Below, one piece after another: positions 1-9,032 of a DNA stretch of 64,000 nucleotides. Within the stretch, counting starts at the first letter, position 1; each line of letters opens with the position of its first letter. Made by a program: the position numbers and the translations under genes. The stretch is taken from assembly GCA_963519515.1 (NCBI GenBank), contig CAUQNJ010000002.1:51953-115952 (forward strand). The letters are read 5' to 3'. The notes below the pieces were generated by a model. The model searched no databases. It was not told the DNA's origin and saw only the letters and a list, made by a program, of their open reading frames with translations. This DNA comes from an uncultured Campylobacter sp. (lineage in GTDB: Bacteria; Campylobacterota; Campylobacteria; Campylobacterales; Campylobacteraceae).

Positions 1-159
1 AAAACCAACGGCGCGGGCGAGTTTAGCTTCGTGATGCCGGTTGCCGGCTGGTGGGGCTTCGCGGCTCTTAGCGAGGAGGAAGCTGCCAAAGGAAGCGAGC
101 AGCCCGTAAATGAGCTGGGAGCCGTGCTTTGGATCAAGGCGGACGAGCTGAAAAAATAA
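1..159 (+). CDS. C-terminal fragment of a periplasmic DUF4198/NikK-like metal-uptake accessory protein (5' end outside window)
   Basis: Frame 1 is open from the window edge to TAA 157-159. The tail TNGAGEFSFVMPVAGWWGFAAL...VLWIKADELKK resembles the C-terminal beta-sandwich of COG5266/DUF4198 proteins that accompany Cbi/Nik ECF transporters. Same strand as cbiM. Confidence 0.4.
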   Translation, partial: KTNGAGEFSFVMPVAGWWGFAALSEEEAAKGSEQPVNELGAVLWIKADELKK

Positions 160-874
160 GGGAGCGGCTCGGTGAGATCTCTTTTTTTGGGCGAAATTTG
201 CGCAGCTGCGGATAAATTTAAATTTGCGTTTGAGCGGAGTTTTAAAATTTTATTTTCGCGCGTTTTACTTTTGGGCGTAGAATTTTCAGCGAATTTTGCG
301 GCTAAAATTCTAAATGGCAAAATTCCGCCGAGTAAAATTTTAAGTAACGTAGCTCTGCTGCGTGTAATTTTGCTCGGTAGAATTCCGCTCTTAGGAGCTT
401 CGAGCCGTAAAATTTCACATCCGTGGATCTATGAGCATAAAATATCGGCGCGCAAAATTTCGTTTTTTGAAATTTTACAAACCTCGACTTTTAAAAGTTC
501 GCAAGCTCTGTTTTGCCGCGCGAGCACCGCGCCGAGATCGATCAGGGATTTAAATTTTGCGTTGCAAAATCCGCTCGCCGCTCCTGCAAATGTAGCAAGC
601 GAAAATTCTTGCGCCATGCGAGCCGTAAAATTTATCAAATTTGCCGGTTCCGCAAGCGGTTCCGAGACCGCTCCGAGTTTTACGCTAGCGGTTGCCGCAA
701 ATAGGACGCAAGCCGCGAGTTTTATAGCCGCAAATTTTGCCGCGATTAAAGCCGTAAAAGCAAGATCTGTAGTAATCAAAGCGGTTATCGCAAAAGTCGC
801 AAATGCCTTAAATTTAGCTAGCTCCCGCGTTTTTACGCATCTGAAAAACGAAGGCTATTTAAAGGAGGCGAGCC

Positions 875-1474
875 GTGCACATTAGCGAAGGAGTTTTGAG
901 CGCGCCCGTGCTGCTCGCAGGCTGGGCAGTTACAGCGCCTGCGGTAGCGGCGATTTTATGGCGCGTAAGGCAGTCTGAAATCCCTAGGATCGCATGTTTT
1001 AGCGCACTATTTTTCGTTGCTTCTTTCGTGCACCTGCCCGTGGGCGTCAGCTCCATGCATTTGATGCTAAGCGGGCTCGTGGGCGCGTTTTTGGGCTCGC
1101 GCGCGATCTTGGCGATTTTCGTCGCGCTATTTTTGCAAGGGGTATTTTTCGGCTTTGGAGGGCTTAGCGTGCTCGGCGTAAATACCGCAGTCATCGGCTT
1201 TCCGGCGATTTTAGGTGGGCTCCTTGCCGCCGCCGCAAAAGCGCAAGAGCTAAAAGTGCGCACGCAAAAAATTTATCTATTTTTGGCAGGTTTCGTGCCG
1301 ATCGTCTGCTCGATGCTACTTCTTGATCTCGTGCTTTTCATCAGCGGACGGGAGTTTTTTGTTATCGCGACGCTTATCTCGCTCGAAGGAGCGATTCTAG
1401 CTGTTTTGGAAGGTATCATCACCCTTTTTGCGCTTAGCTTTATTGCGAAATTTTACGGCGGACAGAGGCGATGA
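875..1474 (+). CDS. cbiM: ECF transporter substrate-capture component CbiM/NikM (cobalt or nickel)
   Basis: GTG start gives the N-terminus MHISEGVL; the Met-His N-terminus is the hallmark of CbiM/NikM. Multi-pass membrane protein. AAGGAGG RBS lies just upstream. ATGA overlap with the next gene. Confidence 0.9.
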   Translation: MHISEGVLSAPVLLAGWAVTAPAVAAILWRVRQSEIPRIACFSALFFVASFVHLPVGVSSMHLMLSGLVGAFLGSRAILAIFVALFLQGVFFGFGGLSVLGVNTAVIGFPAILGGLLAAAAKAQELKVRTQKIYLFLAGFVPIVCSMLLLDLVLFISGREFFVIATLISLEGAILAVLEGIITLFALSFIAKFYGGQRR

Positions 1475-2016
1475 GAGCGCTATTTTTCTTAACGGTTTTG
1501 AGCTCCTTTGCATTTTCGCATGCGCTTCATCTTTTTGCAACTCAAGAGGGCGATAGAGTGGCGATTTATAGCTATTTTTATAAAAATTCTCCTTGCATGG
1601 AGTGCGAAGTTTTAATTAGTGCGGACGGGCGCGAAATTTTGCGCACTAAGACCGATAAAGAGGGACTTGCGAGCATACGAATACCCGCTAAAAATTTTAC
1701 TATTCAAATTTACGGAGGTGCAGGGCACGGCGCGCAGATGGAATTTAGCGTCGAGAGCTTTACGCCGCAGAATTCCGGTGGTCCTGAAAATTCTACGCCG
1801 CAAAATTCTGAACCTCAAAATTTAGACGCCGCTAAAAATTCCGCGTCCGAAGGCAGCGCGTCCGAAAATATTGCGCCGAAAGAAAACTCCAAAAATGACA
1901 TTCAAAGCATGGCGTTTCAAAGCCAGTCCGCCGAGGCGCCTAAAATCGCGCTTTGCTTGGCCTTGATTTTCGGCTTTTTTGCTTTGATGTGGCTAGCGAA
2001 AAGAGCGCGCAAATGA
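1471..2016 (+). CDS. CbiN/NikL-like accessory membrane protein of the ECF transporter
   Basis: An N-terminal hydrophobic segment and a C-terminal TM helix (IALCLALIFGFFALMWL) flank an extracytoplasmic domain, the same topology as CbiN/NikL. Translationally coupled between cbiM and cbiQ. Contains a TPQNS-type low-complexity linker. Confidence 0.5.
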   Translation: MRALFFLTVLSSFAFSHALHLFATQEGDRVAIYSYFYKNSPCMECEVLISADGREILRTKTDKEGLASIRIPAKNFTIQIYGGAGHGAQMEFSVESFTPQNSGGPENSTPQNSEPQNLDAAKNSASEGSASENIAPKENSKNDIQSMAFQSQSAEAPKIALCLALIFGFFALMWLAKRARK

Positions 2017-2660
2017 GCCCCGTTATATCGCTGCTCGCGTTTTTTATCTTCAGCTTCGGCGTCGGACTTAGCGGGCAGCTTTACGCAGCGTTTTTTGCCC
2101 CGCCGCTACTTCTTTTTGCGCTTAAAATTTCGATTACGCGCGCGGTCTGCACAAGGCTTGCGGTATTAAATATCTTTGCGATTTTAAGCGCGTTAAGCCC
2201 CGCTATAGTCGGCAACTACGAGCTTGCGGGCGTGATATTTTTACGCGCAAATTTGATAATGGCGTTTGCGATTTTGCTATTTTACGGCAAGGACGAATAT
2301 TTTTTCGCACGCGGATTTTACGGGCTCGGGCTCGGCGAAAATCTAAGCGCTTTGGTGTATTGCTGCGGGCGATTCGTAAATTTTTTACGCTCTGATCTAG
2401 CGAGGCTGCAAGCACTTTTGCGCATGCGCGGATTTGTGGGGACGAGCGGAATTTTCACTTATAAAATTTATGCAAATTTAGTCGGGATTTTAGCGATTTC
2501 GGCACTTGAGCAGGCAAGAAATTTAAGCCTGGTGATGAGCGCGCGAGGGTTTTGCGGTAGGCTATTTTACGAGCGTCGCGAAGGCTTGAGCGTCTTGGAA
2601 GCCTCGTTTTTGGCGTTTGTGTTGGCGTGCGTATCTGTTAAAATCGGAGCTATCTTATGA
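2013..2660 (+). CDS. cbiQ: ECF transporter transmembrane T component CbiQ
   Basis: I prefer the ATG at 2013 (ATGA overlap with the upstream stop) to the track start at 1953. Multi-pass membrane protein with two Ala-Arg-Gly-type coupling motifs (LRMRGF, MSARGF). Confidence 0.8.
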   Translation: MSPVISLLAFFIFSFGVGLSGQLYAAFFAPPLLLFALKISITRAVCTRLAVLNIFAILSALSPAIVGNYELAGVIFLRANLIMAFAILLFYGKDEYFFARGFYGLGLGENLSALVYCCGRFVNFLRSDLARLQALLRMRGFVGTSGIFTYKIYANLVGILAISALEQARNLSLVMSARGFCGRLFYERREGLSVLEASFLAFVLACVSVKIGAIL

Positions 2661-3433
2661 GCTGTTCGCTTAAGGCGCTAGGTTTAAGCGCTAAAAACGG
2701 CGAGCGGGAGATTTTTCGCGGCGTAAATTTGAGCGTAGGGCATAAGGAAAAAGTGGCGATCTTGGGCGCGAACGGGCAGGGCAAGACGAGCCTGCTTCAA
2801 ATTTTAGGCGGCCTAAGGCAATGGGGCGAGGGCGAAATCGAACTTTTCGGCGAGAAGCTCGAGTGCGCGGAGGATTTTGTAAAATTTCGCCACGAGATCG
2901 GGTTTTTGTTTCAAAACAGCGACGATCAATTTTTGTGCGCGAGCGTGTTTGAGGACGTCGCATTTAGCCTGCGTGCGCAAAATGAGCGGTTAAAACGAGC
3001 GCGAAATGCGGAGCAAAGACGTGGAATTTTTTCTAAATTTTTTGGTCGTAAGGCGCAAATTTTAAGGCAGGGCAGCGAAAACGACCATCTAAAAAAGCTT
3101 GAAATTTTAAGCGAAGAGAAGATCGAGCGAAAGGCGCTGGAAACGCTGCGGCGCTTGGGAATCGAGCATCTACGCGAGCGGGTGCCCTTTCATCTAAGCG
3201 GCGGCGAGAAAAAGCTGGTGGCGCTTGCGGGTGCGCTGGTGTGCGAGCCTAGGATACTACTGCTGGACGAGCCTACGACGGCGCTTGATGAGGCGATGCA
3301 GGAGCGTGTGGCGGGGATTTTGGCGGGGCTTGACGTAAGCGAAATCATCGTCTCGCACGATAAAAGCTTCATCGATAAAATCGCAGATAAAATCTATTAT
3401 TTGAAATCGGACGGTCTGTATGAAAGTCCATGA
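2657..3433 (+). CDS. cbiO: ECF transporter ATPase CbiO
   Basis: Walker A GANGQGKTS, ABC signature LSGGEKK and Walker B LLLDEPT. ATGA overlap with cbiQ. An extra segment of about 45 aa lies between the Q-loop and the signature motif. Confidence 0.9.
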   Translation: MSCSLKALGLSAKNGEREIFRGVNLSVGHKEKVAILGANGQGKTSLLQILGGLRQWGEGEIELFGEKLECAEDFVKFRHEIGFLFQNSDDQFLCASVFEDVAFSLRAQNERLKRARNAEQRRGIFSKFFGRKAQILRQGSENDHLKKLEILSEEKIERKALETLRRLGIEHLRERVPFHLSGGEKKLVALAGALVCEPRILLLDEPTTALDEAMQERVAGILAGLDVSEIIVSHDKSFIDKIADKIYYLKSDGLYESP

Positions 3434-3487
3434 TAAAATCATAGTAAATTTATCGTTTAAAATCAAGAGGCTTGTATAAGTCCATAA

Positions 3488-3564
3488 TGGCGACCCTTGC
3501 GGGATTTGAACCACGCGTTTTCGCACTGAGAATGCAACGTCCTGAGCCACTAGACGAAAAGGTC
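3488..3564 (-). tRNA. tRNA-Glu (anticodon CUC) candidate
   Basis: The reverse complement GACCTTTTCGTCTAGTGGCTCAGGACGTTGCATTCTCAGTGCGAAAACGCGTGGTTCAAATCCCGCAAGGGTCGCCA folds as a cloverleaf. The acceptor stem is GACCTTT/AAGGGTC and the anticodon stem TTGCA/TGCGA. The loop TTCTCAG gives anticodon CTC, and CCA is encoded. The T-stem needs one bulged T. Confidence 0.7.
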
Positions 3565-3721
3565 AAGAAACCGCATTATAGCGACAAAAACAAAATTTTA
3601 GATAAAATGCCGACGGCGGCGCAAGCGCAAATCACTTATAAATTTAAAAACCGGCGCGGCATAGAGAAAATTTGCAACGTAAATTTTATGATTTGGCTGA
3701 AATTTCATATATGAAAAAAGC

Positions 3722-4159
3722 CTAGCCGATCTTTTCCATCGCCTTGTTTTTAAACGCTACGGGATTAGCGATAAATTGGAAGCTAACCGCCGTGCCGCCG
3801 GTGCCTCGCACCACTATGGTGCCGAATTTTAAAATTCTCCCCAAGATACTCTGCGCTACGGATATACTTTCGATTTTTTCATATTTTAGCTCCACCGTTT
3901 CTCGACTAATAAGACCCTTTTTGCCGATTATACGCTGATTGGTGATAGCAAGCTCGTTTGTCTTTAAAACAATAAACCCGTGAATTAGCGCCGCTATAAA
4001 ACCGCCAAAGCATATGAATGAAAGTCTATCGTCTTTATTTATGATTCCAACTATCGCGGGAATCAATATGACGATAGCGGAGATAAAAACCGCCCAGTGA
4101 ATTTTGGCTTTAGCAATTACATTTTCGCCATTCAGAAGGTTAGACTCTACGTAACCCAT
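3722..4159 (-). CDS. membrane protein with a bacterial PH domain (bPH_2/YdbS-like)
   Basis: 145 aa with two TM helices followed by ...LAITNQRIIGKKGLISRETVELKYEKIESISVAQSILGRILKFGTIVV..., typical of PF03703-type proteins. Confidence 0.65.
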   Translation of the reverse strand: MGYVESNLLNGENVIAKAKIHWAVFISAIVILIPAIVGIINKDDRLSFICFGGFIAALIHGFIVLKTNELAITNQRIIGKKGLISRETVELKYEKIESISVAQSILGRILKFGTIVVRGTGGTAVSFQFIANPVAFKNKAMEKIG

Positions 4160-4660
4160 AAATATCCTTTAAAAGAATTTGAGACTTGAATTATATCCCT
4201 GCCCCATTAATCTTGACTTAAATTTTCTGCGGGGCGGCTCGTTCAATGGCGGATTGAACGATCGGAATTTACATGCAAATTTGCATTAAATTTTATGCGG
4301 ACGGTTGCGAAATTTTGTGCAAAATTTATGGCTAAATTCTGCGCGCTAGGCTTTTAGAATTGTAAATTTAGCGGCGCGAAATTGCCTCTCTTGCGCCCTG
4401 GGAGATCGTCGCATACTGCGTAAATTTATCGAAGTTCCCGAAGTTTGATGAAGCGCGCGCGGAGTTTAAAATTTTACAAATATGCTAAATTTTATGGCCG
4501 CGCGATAAATTTGAATTTTTAGCGCGCGATATACGAACTCACTATGCTTGAAGCCTACTCTTGTGAATATAGAATTTTTTGGCGCAAAGTGTGGAACCGG
4601 CTAACGTGCGAAAAATTTTAAGCGCGCTAGCCTAAATTTGAAATTTTACAGCCGTCCGCT

Positions 4661-5731
<1,071 letters not shown>

Positions 5732-5752
5732 TTAGCGAAATTTTACTAACTC

Positions 5753-6340
5753 TTAATAGGGCTTGCCGAAAAATTTCTCGTAATGTTCGTAAAAGCGCTT
5801 GTAGTAGGGGTTTGAGTAGCGTTTGCGCATGCCGTAGTTGTAGCACTCGATCGTGTCTTTGATATTTTTGTCTTTAGCGTTCCAGCATTTGCGTAGGATT
5901 TTGGCGCATTTGGTGAGGTTGTACATAGGGTTGAATATATAATCTATCTCATTTTGGCTGAAATTTACGGCGTTTAGCTGCCCGAGTCCCACGTCGATGC
6001 TAAAGCCATCCTCGTACAGGTACTTGGCGATTTGCACGGCGTAAATTTCGTTTGCCGGTATGATCGTAACGACCCATTTGCTGGAATTTAGGCTGTAGTT
6101 GCTCGTTTTGATGCGGATATTTTGATTGCGCAGGCCTGCGAAATAATCGGCGTTTGCTTTGTTTGTCAAAAAGGAGATCGTGTAGGGCTCGAAGTCGCTT
6201 TCGATTTTGACGATGGTGTAGAGGATCTCGGGCTTGACGCCTTCGTTTTGCGCTACTGCGGCGATGGCGTTTACGATCTCGTTCGGCGAGTAAGCGGGGG
6301 CTTGAAGCGCTAAAAACAGGGCGAAAAGCAACTTTTTCAT
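5753..6340 (-). CDS. secreted small lytic transglycosylase (SLT domain)
   Basis: Signal peptide MKKLLFALFLALQA. SLT-like motifs: catalytic E in VKIESDF, plus GLGQLN and CYNYG. Confidence 0.65.
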   Translation of the reverse strand: MKKLLFALFLALQAPAYSPNEIVNAIAAVAQNEGVKPEILYTIVKIESDFEPYTISFLTNKANADYFAGLRNQNIRIKTSNYSLNSSKWVVTIIPANEIYAVQIAKYLYEDGFSIDVGLGQLNAVNFSQNEIDYIFNPMYNLTKCAKILRKCWNAKDKNIKDTIECYNYGMRKRYSNPYYKRFYEHYEKFFGKPY

Positions 6341-6468
6341 CTAAATTTACCGAGCCTTTGATAAAATTTTATGTCGCAAGTATAGCACAATTTCAGTCTT
6401 TTCATTATTGTTTAAGTGAAAATTAATCGTATTAGATATATAATCACATTTCTTTTTTAAACCCAAAC

Positions 6469-6544
6469 GGTCGCTTAGCTCAGCTGGTAGAGCGCCACCC
6501 TTACAAGGTGGATGTCGCAGGTTCGATCCCTACAGCGACCACCA
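6469..6544 (+). tRNA. tRNA-Val (anticodon UAC)
   Basis: GGTCGCTTAGCTCAGCTGGTAGAGCGCCACCCTTACAAGGTGG...AGCGACCACCA. The acceptor stems pair, the anticodon loop is CTTACAA, and CCA is encoded. Confidence 0.95.
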
Positions 6545-6604
6545 TTTTGAAATCCTTGGATTTCATACTTCTTTAGCACTTGCGCTGCGAGTGTGATTTT
6601 TGGT

Positions 6605-6681
6605 GCGACGGTAGTTCAGCTGGTTAGAATGCCGCCCTGTCACGGCGGAGGTCGTGGGTTCGAGCCCCATTCGTCGCGCCA
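6605..6681 (+). tRNA. tRNA-Asp (anticodon GUC)
   Basis: GCGACGGTAGTTCAGCTGGTTAGAATGCCGCCCTGTCACGGCGG...TCGTCGCGCCA. The anticodon loop is CTGTCAC. Confidence 0.95.
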
Positions 6682-6692
6682 CTTCTTACGAT

Positions 6693-6768
6693 GTCTTGCT
6701 AGCTCAGTAGGTAGAGCATCTCACTTTTAATGAGGGGGTCGTTGGTTCGAATCCAACGCAGGACACCA
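6693..6768 (+). tRNA. tRNA-Lys (anticodon UUU)
   Basis: GTCTTGCTAGCTCAGTAGGTAGAGCATCTCACTTTTAATGAGG...GCAGGACACCA. The anticodon loop is CTTTTAA. Confidence 0.95.
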
Positions 6769-6846
6769 CTTTTATTACTAATTAAATCGCAAATTTTATG
6801 ATTGATCGGTTATATCTAAAAAAGCAAAAATAAGTAAGGATATAAA

Positions 6847-7308
6847 ATGAAATTTTTTCTCATCATAATTAGTATATTTCTTTATATTTATATTATTCTT
6901 TCGGTGCTAAGTTTTTCACCTTGTGATATTAACGATATGTTGAGGCAAAACTACAATCGTATGGAGCAAAAATGCAGATTAAAATTGATACGACGGGCTA
7001 ATAATGGCAACAGCGGGGCGCATAGGTGACTTTTTTATTTTTATGAGCGATATTTTTTAGATAGATATTGTGTAGATAAAAAGGCGCAGCAAGAATTAGA
7101 CAAAGAAGAGCTAAATTTTATTAAAAAATTTCATTCTGGAAATTTAGATCTATGCACAAATAACGACTTTATAGTTGGTTTATTAAAAAAGTGCGTTTTG
7201 AGGGAGGGAAATTTCACATTGTGTACCGAGCGGATCGGAAAGGAAAAAGAGATTAATATGGATGAAGTCATACATCTATATTACGCGGATAGAAAGCCGA
7301 AAGAATAA
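6847..7308 (+). pseudogene. small membrane-anchored protein interrupted by an in-frame TGA (paralog of 7317..7652)
   Basis: The same frame continues for 93 codons after TGA 7027-7029. The joined product (TM helix, SPCDINDM..., KAQQELDKEELNFIKKF...) aligns along its length with the 7317 ORF (SASCDIKDL..., EEVLNELDQEEIEFLKKL...). Confidence 0.6.
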
Positions 7309-7316
7309 GAGATTTC

Positions 7317-7652
7317 ATGAAAAATAAAATTTACTTTATTGCCGCCGCTATAATATTATTTGCGTGGATATTTTATCTATATAAAGAGCAAAGCGCCTCT
7401 TGCGATATAAAAGATCTTTTTATGGGCAATTCTGAAATAACAAAAGAGTGCAGGATCGTCATAATAAAGCAATTTGAAAAGAACGGCAACCCGCGCGCAT
7501 ATAAAAGGCTGAGTTTGGTTTATGGAAAAATTTTAAGCGAAAAACCGACAGAAGAGGTTTTAAATGAGCTAGATCAAGAAGAGATAGAATTTTTGAAAAA
7601 ATTGTATCCTGATTCAGAAATTTTATCTAAAGAGTTGCCAAGCAGAAAATAA
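7317..7652 (+). CDS. small N-terminally anchored hypothetical protein (island family A)
   Basis: 111 aa with an N-terminal TM helix. Paralog of the disrupted 6847 gene. AT-rich island context. Confidence 0.6.
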   Translation: MKNKIYFIAAAIILFAWIFYLYKEQSASCDIKDLFMGNSEITKECRIVIIKQFEKNGNPRAYKRLSLVYGKILSEKPTEEVLNELDQEEIEFLKKLYPDSEILSKELPSRK

Positions 7653-7728
7653 TCAATTTTTATAAATATAAATTTGTCATAAAGATGGCTAAATGTTTAA
7701 TAAAGAATGAAAAAAGGATAGGTGGTTA

Positions 7729-8115
7729 ATGGAGTTAGAACTTTTATACCGAAATTCAACCAATTCTGATAAATTCAGCATCAATTCGTTTGTTGGGAAA
7801 TTTATCTATCAAAAAACTTGGTCGGATTGCGATTATTGGGAGTTGGATAAAGCTTTAATGCAAATTTTGAGCTTTTATCATGATAAAACGCTTCCAAAAG
7901 AAATTTTCGCCGCAATACTAGCGATATTTAATGATGTTATCGGCGTAGAGGACAAATCGGAAATTTATGTAAGCAATATATTGTGTGCGAAAAACAGCGA
8001 CGGCGTGGTGCCTAGCATATATGATAGATTTGAAAGATTAAACGTTCTGTGCAACAGCATCGTATTCAAAGAAAAGCTTAGCAATAGCGGTTTTTGGTAT
8101 GCTCCAAAGGATTGA
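7729..8115 (+). CDS. hypothetical small acidic protein (island family B, copy 1)
   Basis: 128 aa. Shares NSF(V/I)G...WSDxDYWxL...L..IL..Y..K.LP.EI...(I/D)RF.R with the next ORF. Confidence 0.6.
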   Translation: MELELLYRNSTNSDKFSINSFVGKFIYQKTWSDCDYWELDKALMQILSFYHDKTLPKEIFAAILAIFNDVIGVEDKSEIYVSNILCAKNSDGVVPSIYDRFERLNVLCNSIVFKEKLSNSGFWYAPKD

Positions 8116-8119
8116 TGCA

Positions 8120-8515
8120 ATGAATCTTGTAAATTTTTATAGAAATACCGCATTTGATGATAGATATGATGCCAATTCGTTCATAGGTATGATTTTGGAT
8201 AATAATCTATGGTCCGATGATGAGTATTGGAAATTGGAAGCCGATTTAAAAAAGATTTTGCAGCATTATAAAAACAAAGAGTTGGACCCAGAAATAATGC
8301 AAGGCATTATTTCTATTTCTAATGACATATTTCTAAACGGAAGTTGGCGCGACGTAGATATAGACGCAAAAAGCGAATGTTTTAAAACGTATGAATATCA
8401 AGAAGATACAAAGCCAAATATTTTCGATAGATTTCGTCGCATAAAAAGCTTATTATTGGCGGTTGCTTCAGGGGATGAAAATTTTTATAAAATCAAATTT
8501 TTCTATGAAAATTAA
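8120..8515 (+). CDS. hypothetical small acidic protein (island family B, copy 2)
   Basis: I prefer the ATG at 8120 (AAAGGA RBS 9 nt upstream; N-terminus MNLVNFYRNTAF aligns with MELELLYRNSTN of copy 1) to the track start at 8099. Confidence 0.6.
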   Translation: MNLVNFYRNTAFDDRYDANSFIGMILDNNLWSDDEYWKLEADLKKILQHYKNKELDPEIMQGIISISNDIFLNGSWRDVDIDAKSECFKTYEYQEDTKPNIFDRFRRIKSLLLAVASGDENFYKIKFFYEN

Positions 8516-8598
8516 TATAAATGATCTTTGCTTCGCAAATAAGGTGTATAATTTAGCAAAAGCAAAAATTATGGTGGATAGAGACGAAAGGGCATAAA

Positions 8599-8940
8599 AT
8601 GACATATATAAAAACATACCCCGATATGGTAGAAATGAGTGATTTTTTTGGTTTTTATCCGGATGAAATAGATAGTGATATTGGAAAATATACGTTTGAA
8701 ATAGACGGGCTGATATTTACATATTGTATAGTCGAGGGATGGGTGGAAATTACTATAAAAGCAGGCGGAAAGACGGCTGTGGAATTTACCGCCGAATGCA
8801 TCGAGTCCTTAAAAATTAGAAGAGATAAAGATGGCGAATTTATAGAAATAGGACAAAATTTTGCTATAGACAGAATGGTACAGATAGAGTTGTATATAAG
8901 ACCGAAAATTTTATTAAAATATGCGAGTTTAGAATGCTAG
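8599..8940 (+). CDS. hypothetical small protein (island singleton)
   Basis: 113-aa ORF on the same strand with island-like AT-rich codon usage. No recognisable motif. Confidence 0.5.
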   Translation: MTYIKTYPDMVEMSDFFGFYPDEIDSDIGKYTFEIDGLIFTYCIVEGWVEITIKAGGKTAVEFTAECIESLKIRRDKDGEFIEIGQNFAIDRMVQIELYIRPKILLKYASLEC

Positions 8941-8948
8941 ATGAAACT

Positions 8949-8978
8949 CACATCCCAATAAAAGGAAACCCAAATGCA
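8949..8978 (+). repeat. conserved cassette junction J1 (CACATCCCAATAAAAGGAAACCCAAATGCA)
   Basis: This 30-mer, containing an RBS and an ATG, recurs at 11461, 11879 and (in 3' part) 12319, each time immediately 5' of a family C gene. Confidence 0.75.
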
Positions 8979-9032
8979 AATTGATGGAAAAAGATATTTA
9001 ATAAAGGTACGCTTTTATTTAGGCTATGTCTG

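Noticed and set aside
160-874. Cobalamin or NiCo riboswitch upstream of cbiM
   Set aside because: I found no B12-box-like GCCACTG core or recognisable conserved riboswitch helices by eye. This cannot be excluded without a covariance-model scan, so it is listed as a check rather than a call.
172-885. 237-aa ORF (+) with overlapping ORFs at 429-779 (-) and 513-704 (+)
   Set aside because: The translations are low-complexity strings generated by the GC-word/AAATTT repeat (KF, KI, NF, AA runs). Several frames are open at once, there is no RBS or domain, and the ORF runs into the cbiM start. I treat it as non-coding spacer.
7027-7029. TGA in the 6847 gene as selenocysteine or programmed read-through
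   Set aside because: There is no SECIS-like hairpin immediately downstream (only T-rich sequence), the aligned residue in the paralog is K/R, and the locus shows other signs of decay. A nonsense mutation is the simpler explanation.
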